Shown: positions 13,037 to 24,877, counted from the stretch's first letter. The stretch: DNA of 64,000 bases from Octopus sinensis (GCF_006345805.1 NC_043013.1:1550001-1614000); one strand, 5' to 3'. Made by a program: numbers and translations. Notes: a model not told the origin generated them from the letters alone.

Positions 13037-13043
<7 letters not shown>
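12764..13043. repeat. Inverted repeat (arms about 130 bp) overlapping a hammerhead
   Basis: 12764-12893 is the reverse complement of 12915-13043; same family as 56516-56920. Confidence 0.85.
12907..12985 (+). ncRNA. Type I hammerhead ribozyme with long stem II insert
   Basis: TTTC-CTGATGA-GAAG...CTTC-GAAAC-ATAT-GTC-GAGA; palindromic ACATATGT; GUC triplet. Confidence 0.8.
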
Positions 13044-13072
<29 letters not shown>

Positions 13073-13500
13073 ATGTGTGTGTGTGTGCGTGTGTGTGTGT
13101 GTACATACAACATACGAATACTTACGTATACGCACATATACGCACATATACGCACATATATATGTACGTATGAACACGACCGGTTTAATTGCCCGTCTAA
13201 ACTCCACGTGCTATATAGTCAATACCACCGCAGTGAATATTATGACGAAGTAAATATATAAATTTATTTAAATAAGAATAAGATCGATATTTAAAATACC
13301 GATCATACCAAGTGGCTAACAAGGGAATATAAACTTTATAGGTAATAATTATTAAAAATATAATTAAGGGTATCTAAAAATGCCACCATGCTAGAGATAG
13401 CAGTCAGAACTTGTCTCTAAAGCCATACGTGCGTGTGTAATACGTAAGTATTCGTATGTTGTATGTATATACGTTTGTAATTATGTATTAGCTGTGTATA

Positions 13501-13556
13501 TCCCACTGATGAGGCAGAATATATTTTTATGCGAAGCCAGAAATCTAAATCTGGGA
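13501..13556 (+). ncRNA. Hammerhead-like motif
   Basis: TCCCA-CTGATGA-GGC...GCC-A-GAAA-TCTAAA-TC-TGGGA; 5-bp stem I; one extra base before GAAA. Confidence 0.55.
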
Positions 13557-13699
13557 TTATCCAATAATTTTTTGCTAGTATATTTGTCTATTTGTCTTTT
13601 CTCCTGGTAATGTATGAATACTTGATGTGGTTTTAGAGTCAAGTTTTGACTGCCTTCTCTAGCATGATGGTGTCTTTTAGATACTCTTAATTATAATTT

Positions 13700-13729
13700 T
13701 ATACACACACATAAATATATATATATATA

Positions 13730-13786
<57 letters not shown>

Positions 13787-13789
13787 TAA

Positions 13790-13844
<55 letters not shown>

Positions 13845-13924
13845 CATACACATACACACGCGCACACACATATAAACATGTTGCATAAAGTATATATATA
13901 TATATAGTATATATATATATATAG

Positions 13925-13977
<53 letters not shown>

Positions 13978-14031
13978 TAATATATATATATATATATAAT
14001 ATATATATATATTTAACAAAAGAAAAACAGG

Positions 14032-14105
<74 letters not shown>

Positions 14106-14108
14106 CAC

Positions 14109-14195
<87 letters not shown>
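13700..14195. repeat. Compound (TA)n/(CA)n microsatellite
   Basis: Direct inspection. Confidence 0.95.
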
Positions 14196-14196
<1 letters not shown>

Positions 14197-14277
14197 GCTA
14201 GCATGGAAAGCGGACGTTAAATGATGATGATGATGGTGATGATACACATATATATTACTGTTCTTATTGTAACTTAC

Positions 14278-14408
14278 GTCCATCGTCCGGAAATCTTTCG
14301 TCACACATCTGTGACCTCCTCAGTAGTACCTTCCGTCTTCGTGTGCGCTCTTACTCTTGTCGCTGCGGAGGTTACAGATGTGTGACAAAAGATTTCCGGA
14401 CAATGGAC
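14278..14408. repeat. 42-bp inverted repeat made of two decayed hammerhead motifs
   Basis: Minus 14287-14326: CTGAGGA-G-GTCACA GATG TGTGAC-GAAA-GATTTC-CGG. Plus 14360-14399: mutated copy. Confidence 0.55.
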
Positions 14409-14439
14409 ATGAGTTATATACCGAAGGTTATATACCGAA

Positions 14440-15957
14440 ACAGTTTCTATCCCAGTCGGTCATCCCGGTTTTCAAACAGGGAAACAGATCCCTCGCAGTC
14501 AACGCCCAATCTCACTCACCTCCCACATCATTAAAGTGTTTGAAAGAGTGTTAAGATCAAGGATAGCTGACTTCCTGAAGACCCACAAACTCTTAAATGC
14601 AAATCAGCATGGCTTTCGCTGTAGCAGGGACTGTCTAACACAGCTCTTACACCACATTGAAGATGTACTCAAAGCCTTGGGAACAGGTTCGAACTCTGAG
14701 GTCATATATCTTGACTTCAGTAAAGCGTTCGACAGGGTAGACCATAATATCCTACTCTCAAAATTGGCAAATGTTGGAATCCGTGTAAAAGTTCTACACT
14801 GGATTAAGTATTTCCTGGCGAATAGAACACAACATGTTGTAGTTGATGGACTCCACTCAAGCCCAGCAAAAGTCACCAGCGGTGTTCCCCAGGGAACTGT
14901 CTTGTGTCCGCTACTCTTCATAATTTACATAAATGACCTTTCCAGTGTCGTATATTACTGCAAAGTGAAAATATTTGCTGATGACACTAAGCTCCAGCAA
15001 ATCGTCAATGAAGAAGCAGACCGAACTCAACTCCAGTCTGATCTATATGCTGTGAGTCAATGGGCAGACAGAAACAAAATGCAACTGAATGAGGGAAAAT
15101 TTGAGCTGATGCATTTTGGAAGAAATTCCTCACTAAAACAGCCATACTCTCTTCCTTCAGGGGAACCGCTCACAGCCTCTAACAATATCAGAGACCTGGG
15201 TGTAATTGTTGATGACGATCTCAGTTGGAGTGCACACATCAACAAGAAGGTCGATATAGCTCGTAGGATGAGTTCCTGGATCTTAAGAACTTTCCGGTCC
15301 AGAGAACAAGGTTTCATCATACCACTTTTCTCCTCCTTTGTACGGCCACACCTCGAATATTGCTGCCCACTGTGGTCTCCCCATACAAGACAAAACATCT
15401 CCAGGATTGAGTCACCCCAGAGGGCACTCACTAAACGAATTGAAGGCATGGCTGCTCTCGATTATTGGGATCGCCTTAAAGCCTTGAAACTTTACTCTCT
15501 CCAGCGTCGCCGTGAGCGGTACATCATTTGTACGATGTGGAGAATATACCGCCAATTTTGCCCAAACGACCTTAACATTAGCTTCAAAGTTCATCCAAGA
15601 CTGGGACCACGGGCCATACGTCCCCTGACCAATTCAAGATCACGGCATATATGTACACTGCAACATAATTTCTTTTCCTCAACAGGCCCTGCCCTATTTA
15701 ACATTGTCCCGAGGGAGATCAAAGAGGAAAAGGATCCCATCAACTTTAAACGGATTCTGGATAGATTCCTTCAAAGAATTCCAGATAAGCCACCCATAAT
15801 TGGATACAACTCACCCAACAAGAACTCACTACTTGAATGGACCATAAGCAAAACTTGACTTAAACAGGATTCGAATAATCCTATCAGGTGGTGCTATTAA
15901 GTTAGACATGCCCTGGACCAATCTTTGGTCGAAACATATCTAAGTTTATCTAAGTTA
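14440..15957 (+). mobile_element. 5-prime-truncated CR1-type LINE (family 1); RT ORF 14536-15858 uninterrupted
   Basis: NQHGFR, YLDFSKAFDRVDH, SGVPQGTVL, FADDTK, LYSLQRRRER; tandem TATCTAAGTT tail. Confidence 0.92.
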
Positions 15958-16113
15958 GAAAAAGACTAGTAATAAACGAGTGAAGAACGAATATACAGTG
16001 CGTGTGTTTATTTGGTAAAAAAAAACAAAACAAGATCATCGCGAAATACGATAATATCTGTTTCAACACACGATTTCACATCACGAATCTTGCAACACAA
16101 ATTCATAAACGTG

Positions 16114-16229
<116 letters not shown>

Positions 16230-17289
16230 TACATACATATATATATATATATATATTTACATACATATATACATATAGATACACACACATACACACACAT
16301 ATATATATATATGTGTGTGTGTGTGTGTAATACCACAGTCGAATGAGTTACCTGGTACAGCTGCACTTGTTTCATTAAGCGTCATGGTACAGTCAGGTAT
16401 GAAGTATGCACAACATCCATAAGATTATATAATACTTTACACAACTCTCAACTTATAAAGATTATGAAATAAACGAGTGAATAGTTAACTGTCGATTAAC
16501 CAACAGGTAGAATTTCTAATCAGAATTACCAGCATTTAAGAAATGCAAAGTGGGTGGGAGAATAGTCACGAAGGTGGACAGCAGAATGAGGTTGTAAATT
16601 AAAGATTAGTTAAAAGATATTAAACTTAACAAGCTCATAAAGGCTGATACATTTGACCCTATGAAGGCATATTTGAAGACGGTTGCCGACTGTTCTTCAA
16701 AAAAAATAATAAAAAGCACACACCATTTACTGTGTTATACTGTTTAGTACATTAAGGAGTGATATGGTCAATAAATTACTTGTTACTTATTCATTTAATT
16801 AATTCATCTTGATTAAAGTGTTCTGTTTAATTATTGTAGAACTAACAGAATATTATTTTTGATTAAGCGGGATCCAGCTAATAATAATTCGGGCAAAATA
16901 AATTAAATTAAACCGCAGAGATTAGCGAAGGTCTCTGCGAAATTTCAGGAGAGAAGTAAGGAAAAACGGAAGGAATAAGAAAAGAAATGTCTTAATAATC
17001 ACAGTGCCAGCAATCGCAGCCTATAAATACTTGAATAGAAACAGCATAGGATAAATTAACTAGAGACATTGATCAACTCATTGACGGGAATACACAGTGC
17101 TATGAACAAATAAATGTGTATACTTGACCAATGAAAGTAGCTTAGGCACTAATCAGTGTCAACATAAAGATATGAACTTATAAATTTATGAATGAATGTT
17201 AGTTAAATATCCAAATTTAGAGAGATCAGTTACTTAGCTGCAATGGAGGTACGATTGTAAGGCTAGAAATAATATTGAAGGAAAACCAA

Positions 17290-19900
17290 TGATTGAAAGA
17301 AAATACAGCCTGAAAGAGGTGTCTTCTATAGAGATGGAGGAAATTAAGATGAAGATCTTCAGTAAAGTGCAGAAAATCAGAAGGTCCTTTGAAAGAATCG
17401 TTTAATATGAGGAAAATAAGCTCGTTTGTTCAAACCAGATGCAGTTTTATAGAAATTTCAGAGGCGACATCGGAGAATGTGTGCATCCTGATCCGGAAGA
17501 AGCAACACACTTTTGGGATGACCTCTGATCTTAGCCAGTGGCTTATATTAAGGACAAAAATGGTTGTCGGCAGTGAAATAGCAACAGATGACCAAGGCTG
17601 TGAATGAACAGAATCTTGACAGAATAAGCCCGAGAGTGTGAAGAGTCAGGTTAAGGAGCTATCAAACTGGAAAGAACCAGAGCTGGATCGAATCCAAGGC
17701 ATCTGGATGAAATGAGTCACGGATATACAGCGAAAGCTAGCTTTTCACCTGAGTCATTGAACATTTGATGGTGTGGTACCAGGTTAGATGGTTGAAGGAT
17801 GAAAGACATATAAAGATTCTGTGGTCACTAATTACAGGCCTTAACTTGTAGGGAACATTCTAACGGAAACAATTGCTGAACATATGTGTACAAACACTTG
17901 GAAACGAATGACTTACTGCCTGTCCAGAAGAAAGGCTGCAGAAAACGTCACAGGGTACAAAAGGTCACCAGGCCGCTGACAAAACGGTTCTGAGGAACTG
18001 CAAAAAACGAAAAACAATTTGTCGATAGCCTGGATAGATTCCAAAAAAGCGATACGACATAGTACCGCACTCATAGATTTTGGAGTCTCTGAACATGTTT
18101 AAAATCGCCCAGAATGTACAAAATCTTAAGAGTGAAAGCATGAAAAGACTTGCTTTCCAATGTTCGAGAGTTTGGCAGGGTGACTCACTTTCTTCCTTGC
18201 TGTTCGTCATTGCGATGATTGCTTTGAGCATGGTTCTCGGGAAGATAGAGGTGGGTTACCAATTAGAAAAAGCGGGACTGGATCTTAATCACCTTCACTT
18301 TATGGATGACCTTAAACTGTTTGCAAAACCAGAAAAAGAGACCAACTCTCAAGTGCAAAGTGTTTATATAGTGAGGTCGGACATAGAGATGGAGATGGGC
18401 ATCACAAAGGGTCCGACATTAGCCACATGCAGGGGAAAATCGGGGGAATAACAGTGGAATAGTGTTGCCTGATGGAGAGAGAATGGTAGAACCTAGTAGT
18501 ACTGAAGTTAGACGATATAATGTCTAGAGAGATGGGAGAGCGACTACAAAATACGTGCCTACTTTGATTGGCTGGGTGAGGTTCTGGAGAATAAGCTTAA
18601 TTCCCGAAACCTTGTATGTGCCATCTACACTTGCGATATGACTGTTATTCGCTTACAATACAGCCATATTTGAATACACGCTAGGGGAAAATGGTGAATT
18701 CGACCGATATACACGGAAATCGATGGGCAAATTCAAATCGTCTGCTTAAAAGCAAATGTAATGCACTGTACAAGGAGTAGAAACACGACGGTTGGGGTGT
18801 GATGAATGTAACGGATTACGTTGCTGCAGAAAGTCGTCTGCTGGGTTTTTACTTGGTAAAGAGTGATGAGATTTAGCTACAATATGTCGTTAAGTGATTG
18901 GATTTGAAGAAGGAGGAGATTGAAACCCAAGATTGGTGCAAAGAAAGCGTATAAAAGGAGAGAGTTGAGAGTTGAAAACCAATGAACCCAGATGGAAAGC
19001 CTTAAAGGGAAGCTGAGAATATGAAGACGGATAATTTGGGGACATGTCTAGAATTAAGAGTGTAATTGCTGCTTATTGTTGCTCACGGTCAGGCCCTTCC
19101 GAATAACTGCCTGAAGAAGTTTATCTACAAGTTAGCTGAAAGTAGCAAATGCCACTTGTGTGGGAAAGATGTAGAGAGTGCAACATATTGTCAGTATTTG
19201 TGGGATACTTGCACAACGTAAATACAAAACCCGCCATGACGAAGTGTGTCCCTGCATTCACTGGAGCCTCTCTAAGCTCTATCGATTCGAAGTACAAGGA
19301 GCTGTTGAAAAGCTCTTAGCTTTAAGGGTGTCGCGAAAGGCCTGGTTCTTTTACAGGGCTTAGAAAAATTGAAGGGCCACTACAACAAATGTTTAAATCT
19401 GAAAGGGGAGTATGTTGAATAAAATCATAATTAACTGATCTTCGTGTATTTTCTTTTACCCAAACCCAGGAACTTTTCAGCCCCACCCCCTCGAGTATGT
19501 GAAATGGTATGAATACAGTACAGAGAATGTCATGGAGTACAAGAGCTAAAATTCTGTGTGACTTTAATGTTCAAACGGGCCAAGTGACTGAGTATAGACG
19601 ACTGGACATTGTTATTGGTGGCCAAAGAGTCCCACAAAACTGTCATTATTGATATAGCAGGTTTCAGGTGGCCATAACATAGCAGCTGAAGAAGTCGAAA
19701 AGATGACCAGGTTTGGAAAGGATGTGGGCCACCGATAATAAAGTCGTTCCTCAAAGTGGTAGAATCACTGGAGCCCATCCCAAAGAAATTGTCACAATTC
19801 CTTGACCATCTGAAAGTGAAATGAAATAAAAGCTGCCTCATTAGATGCTACTCTTAACCGGTGAGTGGTTCTCCGTGCCTGTACTTTTAGATCTGACGGA
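17290..19900 (+). mobile_element. Decayed R4/Dong-like LINE
   Basis: QGDSLSSLLFVIAM, HLHFMDDLKLF, C-terminal CHLC...HIVSIC knuckle, endonuclease remnants (DFNVQT..RRLDI). Confidence 0.8.
19295..19495 (+). mobile_element. Internally deleted mariner (MITE-like) inserted into the LINE at a TA
   Basis: Degenerate TIRs (GCTGTTGAAAAGCTCTTAG / CAGGAACTTTTCAGCCCC), TA at 19293 and 19496, remnant KCLNLKGEYVE*; LINE frame resumes afterwards. Confidence 0.55.
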
Positions 19901-19954
19901 GAGACCTTATCAGAAAATCAAGCTAAAGTTTTGAAGCCACGAGAAACACAATGA

Positions 19955-20004
<50 letters not shown>

Positions 20005-20121
20005 GTTTCAAATTTTATTGCAGGGGCAGCAATTTTGGGGGAGGGGATTAAGTCGGTTACATCGACCCTAGTGTTTAACTGGTACCTAAGTTATCGACCC
20101 CGAAATGATAAAAGTAAATCG

Positions 20122-20168
<47 letters not shown>

Positions 20169-20481
20169 TAATTTATCGACCTCGAAAGGATGAAAGGCAA
20201 AGTCGACCTCGGCGGAATTTGATCTCAGAACGTAAAGACGGACGAAATACCTATTTCTGTACTACCCACAAGGGGCTAAACACAGAGAGGATAAACAAGG
20301 ACAGACAAACGGATTAAGTCGATTATATCGACCCCAGTGCGTAACAGGTACTCAATTTATCGACCCCGAAAGGATGAAAGGCAAAGTCGACCTCGGCGGA
20401 ATTTGAACTCAGAATGTAACGGCAGACGAAATACGACTACGCATTTCGCCCGGCGTGCTAACCACTCTGCCAGCTCGCCGA
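20005..20481 (-). mobile_element. SINE family C, dimeric form (central domain duplicated), interrupted by (AAT)n
   Basis: GGCGAGCTGGCAGA head; TTCTGAGTTCAAATTCCGCCGAGGTCGAC domain occurs twice. Confidence 0.8.
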
Positions 20482-20524
20482 CTTCGCATTAATAATATTA
20501 ATAGTAACAACAATAATAATAATA

Positions 20525-20842
20525 ATAGCAAAGAAAAGTAGAGCGCTATCGTCATCAAGCGAACGATATTTCGACATCTCATGTGTCTTCCACAGGTTCA
20601 AAAAATAAAGTTGTCAATCTACTTCATTTTGGTTAATATTTATAGGATTGAGGTAACTCCTCCGGAAGATATAGAAGCAAAAAAAAAAGAAAAAAAAGAA
20701 AATAAAGAAGAGCGACACGTTTATTTTTTGAACCTGTTGAAGACACTCGAGATGTTGAAATATCGTTCACTTGATAAAAATGGCACTCTTCTTTTTTACT
20801 TCTATATCTTCTGGAGGAGTTACCTCAATCCTATAAATATTA
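20525..20842. repeat. Interleaved inverted repeats (X, Y, X-prime, Y-prime) with two hammerhead-like motifs (20561-20599 minus, 20730-20768 plus)
   Basis: X 20555-20609 pairs with 20720-20774; Y 20634-20677 pairs with 20799-20842; GAAC-CTGT(G/T)GA-A-GACA..TGTC-GAAA-TA-TC-GTTC. Confidence 0.8.
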
Positions 20843-21083
20843 GATAGTGCTCATAGGAACCGCCCATATCCAACGTAAAATACTGTCTATGTAATCTCAA
20901 ATTTTAAAACAAATACAATCTTCTTATGGTTTCTTAAACATTCTCTAGAACAACACTATGTACAAAACCAAATATATGGCACCTTAAGCATAACACCAAC
21001 ATGAACTTCTAACTTGTCGCTTGAGGTCTCTGGGTGAGACTTGGAGCCAACTTGTACAAATGCAAAGCAAAAGTCAAACATGA
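20843..21083 (+). mobile_element. 3-prime end of an R4/Dong-like LINE (type 2) followed by (AAT)n
   Basis: IVLIGTAHIQRKILSM* plus 3-prime UTR; homologous to 38400-38712 on the minus strand. Confidence 0.75.
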
Positions 21084-21105
21084 AATAATAATAATAATAA
21101 TGATG

Positions 21106-21139
<34 letters not shown>

Positions 21140-21143
21140 TAAT

Positions 21144-21306
21144 AACATACTGAAAATTGCACTACTAGGCACTGCACACATCCTACGCAGAACACTTTCC
21201 ATACAATAACCATCAGAGCATCACAACAAAGCACAGCACATACCCAAGGCACACAGAGCTGCGCTCGGTAGTGAAGTGAAAGCACGCTATAAAAATAAAA
21301 CAACTG
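21144..21306 (+). mobile_element. 3-prime end of another R4/Dong-like LINE (type 3) followed by (AAT)n
   Basis: NILKIALLGTAHILRRTLSIQ* plus short UTR. Confidence 0.7.
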
Positions 21307-21346
21307 AATAATAATAATAATAATAATAATGATAATAATAATAATA

Positions 21347-21393
<47 letters not shown>

Positions 21394-21395
<2 letters not shown>

Positions 21396-21949
21396 GCCCT
21401 GATGCAGTGCCAGGCAGTGGCTCTCATGGCTTCTGATCTTAACTGATTGGAAGTGTTATCATGTACATTGTTTTGTCTTGGCATAAAAGATGGGCTACAG
21501 CAAATATTCTGCTCAATACCACAGATTTGCTTGTCAGTTGTTTGGCCTTAACCAGTTGAGCATGTCCCTTAGTGGCTGACGATATGTGCATCTCTGATCA
21601 CGAGCAGAAGTAGTGGGGGAGCATCATAGCCATGTGTTGAGAGGGATTATTTGGGGTTTAAATAATTCACCTCTGGAAACATGGGTGTTTCATTTAACAT
21701 CCTTAAATAACCCTTATTCAAGGACCTTTTGAGTGGGATGGGTTACTCGACCAGAAGAAAATTCTAACTGGGCCCCACCTGCAAGGTCATGTGCTGTTTA
21801 TCTTGATATGAGATCACCATATCGCGCACATATGGTTGTGATGCATGTGCCTGGTGTACCCTTATCAGACGGGTAGTCATGATGGGTATACTGGGCTTCG
21901 TATATTTTACCCCAGTGTCACTTTGATGGCATGCAATGCTCTCTTACTC

Positions 21950-21950
<1 letters not shown>
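21394..21950 (+). mobile_element. About 560-bp non-coding retroposon-like element with (AAT)n tail
   Basis: Full-length homolog at 36398-36963 on the minus strand with the same ends. Confidence 0.75.
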
Positions 21951-21980
<30 letters not shown>

Positions 21981-22244
21981 TAATAATAATAATGCCTTTT
22001 TAAAACAAATGCAAGCAGTTTCGTCCAATGCTCTACATCATTTACAGTTAATCAAAGTAATGTCTCTAAGGGGAGAGAAAATCGATGAGCATAAAATAAT
22101 TCAAGAACGGAATCTCGGAATAAGTATCGCGATTAGGTCTGAAGCAAAAGTTTCAAAACAAAAGAGTTGAGAGTTGATTCAGTTTGCAACAATGTTCAAT
22201 AAAATTTAGAACACTTTACGGCCTCTATTGGAACTAGAGATTGG

Positions 22245-22495
22245 AGTTAAGGGTAGGCTGTGGGTTAGAGCTTTTGATTTGAGCGGGCACTAAGATTAGT
22301 TTTAGGGTCAAAAGTTAGGGATTAGAGTAAGTGTTAAGTTACGGTTGGATGTAGTTTTAGATTTTAGGGTTAAAGATAAATGTTAAGCTCTAGGGTTTAA
22401 GGTTTAGGGTTGGAGTTAGATTTAGGGTTTAGGATTAGTATTGAGCTTTAAATTAGGTTCATGGTTAGGAATTAAAGAGCGGGGTGATCGTGATT
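22245..22495 (+). repeat. Degenerate (TTAGGG)-like tract
   Basis: Scattered TTAGGG, TTTAGGG and TTAGGA units. Confidence 0.55.
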
Positions 22496-23331
22496 AGAAA
22501 GGAATGTGTTGAAATCATGGACGCATGACTCATATTCAAAGTACATGACAAGAATATGGATCGCATTGTCTGCTATTTGTTATGCAAAATATCTTCCGGA
22601 CCATAAAATCCCCAGTCTTCCAAATGTTGCGATTGTGCGAAAAACATTTTCTCTTCAAGGTTTCGTTTTCCTTTTTTTGCTTCTCTCTATTTTGAAGGAC
22701 GCATCAGGCTTTAATTTGTTTCATGTTTTGAATATTTTCCCCAAATTTTCTCTCTCGAATTACCTGCTTTAAACAAAGAAGATCATAATTCTGAGAAAAA
22801 AAATCCTGAAAGCATAATTTTTTAATTGTAATCCAACTTGTTAATAAATATGTCGACAGAATATATCCTGCATTTTCTGAGTGTAGAATTTGTGATTTGG
22901 GAGATTTTGTGATTATTTGCAGTTAGAACAACTGTCGATAGCTGTAATGTAAGGTTTCCTTAATTGTTGTTTTGTAGCCTCAGATTAGGTCAGATCAAAC
23001 AGATCAGTATTAAAAAGCCCTCCAGTCGTGATCACCAATTCTTTCTTATATATCTTCTAGTATTATATTGCTCAAAGTATCCCGGTTTAACATTCGGACT
23101 GTGTCTTCATGTCCGTCAGTACAATGTACAATGTTTCCTTTCATTTTAAAGACTCTGAGTATGCGATGTTAGACTGACTTGCCTGCTCTTTCATGAAACT
23201 CTAATAACTTTTAGATGTGTGCTTTTGGAAGACTTGGTTGCTTTATCTAGGAGATTTAAGACTGTAAGATGTGCCAGTTATGGGAGATTTGGCTGCTATA
23301 TTTTGCAGTGTGAACTGAACAAGTGGAATAA

Positions 23332-23356
23332 ATGAACTTGCGCTCAATTTTGTATG
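23332..23356 (+). CDS. Candidate first coding segment of the host gene (MNLRSILY)
   Basis: Acceptor TTTTGCAG at 23308, ATG at 23332, donor GTAAAT at 23357; phase-compatible with 24063. Confidence 0.3.
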
Positions 23357-24062
23357 GTAAATGTCAAACATTTAAATCAGGGCATCGGCGTTTAATAAAA
23401 TCGCAGAAACCTTAAAAAAATACTATTGGTTGTGTACTTTTAAAACAATTTATTTAACATTGAATTGATAAATGTCTCAGTGGTGTTTTGTTAATTGTTT
23501 GATAACGGTTTATAGCGGGAAACGGAATATGATGAGGAAGTTATTTCTAAAAAAAAAAGAATGAAGAGAATTAATATTTTTATGAATATTGTTTATTGAC
23601 GTTATTCCGCCATCTTTTTTAGCAAAGACCCTAAATAATGACATTAATGTTTTTCCTTGGCACGAAAACACGAACTGAAGTGAAACAGCAACATACAGCA
23701 ATTATATTTTAGTATTGATAATTTTGTCCTGCATTTGAAAATGAAAATATTTTTCAGGGTTAGTTAAACTGAAAATATCTTTAAAAATCGAACTACTGAA
23801 AGGGCAGAATAAATAAATAAGAAAAAAATTTTGTTAAAAGAAATATGTTGTTTATTTAATATGATTCCTTACAGATGTACACTGTCTCAAATGACATCAG
23901 TTCCAATGTAGTATCTTATTTTATCGACCACAGAAGGATAAAAAGTAAAATGATTTCTTGCTGTGTTATAGTTTCATTATCGGTTATTATTTTTATCTTG
24001 TGTCACACATTCGACAAAAGTGTTGTTTCAGTAAATTCATTTGTACATCTTTTACTGTTAAG

Positions 24063-24187
24063 GAATTTTACGTAAGGATCATAATGCTAAATTCTTGCCT
24101 CGCTTTGTGGTGGAAGACATTTAACAAGTGAAATCGATGACATGTTGGCATGCGCTGAAGAATGTTCATTTCGTAACACATCTAATG
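24063..24187 (+). CDS. Candidate host exon (GILRKDHNAKILASLCGGRHLTSEIDDMLACAEECSFRNTSN)
   Basis: Acceptor CTTTTACTGTTAAG, donor GTACGC; open only if one A is added to the AAA at 24089-24091. Confidence 0.3.
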
Positions 24188-24270
24188 GTACGCTGGCAAC
24201 GAAGAGTTTAATTTGAGGAAAAAAAAAGAAAAAAGAAGAAAATTCTAACTTTCAAATGTTTGCTAACATT

Positions 24271-24457
24271 ATTTATATTTGACGGATATTTGTCCTCATT
24301 TTGTTGTTAACACAACGTTTCGGCTGATATACCCTCCAGCCTTCGACAGGTGTCTTGGGGAAATTTCGAACCTGGGTTCTCATTCCTAAGGTATGGCGTA
24401 GTGATTAAGAGCACTGACCACTAACCCTAAGATTCCGAGTTCGATTTCAGGCAGTGA

Positions 24458-24493
<36 letters not shown>

Positions 24494-24796
24494 TAATAAT
24501 AATAATATAATAATAATGATAGTAATAATAATAATAATGATAATAATAATAATAATAATGAGAAGAAGAAGAAGAAGAAGAAGAAGAAGAAGAGAAGAAG
24601 AAGAAGAAGAAGAAGAAGAAGAATATCGAAAAATACCTTAGGACTGAGAACCCAGGTTCGAAATTTCCCCAAGACACCTGATGAAGGGCGGGAGAGTATA
24701 TCAGCCGAAACGATGTGTTAACAACAAACAAGATGAGGACAAATATCCGTCAAATGCAAATAATGTACATAATTCCTCATCTCTTAAATATAGAAC
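24271..24796. mobile_element. Penelope-type inverted terminal-repeat insertion with two hammerhead motifs, a short tRNA-SINE and microsatellites inside
   Basis: Arms 24266-24394 and 24633-24766; flanking direct repeat TGTTTGCT(A/G)ACATT at 24257 and 24797; hammerheads at 24310-24353 (minus) and 24674-24718 (plus). Confidence 0.75.
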
Positions 24797-24853
24797 TGTT
24801 TGCTGACATTGTATATAAGAATATATATCAATATATGATTTGTTTCCTTTCAG

Positions 24854-24877
24854 GAAAGCAGCCATAAAAATATGAAA
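24854..24877 (+). CDS. Candidate 24-nt microexon (ESSHKNMK)
   Basis: TTTGTTTCCTTTCAG acceptor and AAA/GTAAGT donor; open only in phase 0. Confidence 0.4.

Noticed and set aside
21410-21500. Faint 5S rRNA-like similarity (GATCTTAACTGATTGGAAG) in the 560-bp element
   Set aside because: Too short and gapped to distinguish from chance; no convincing C box.
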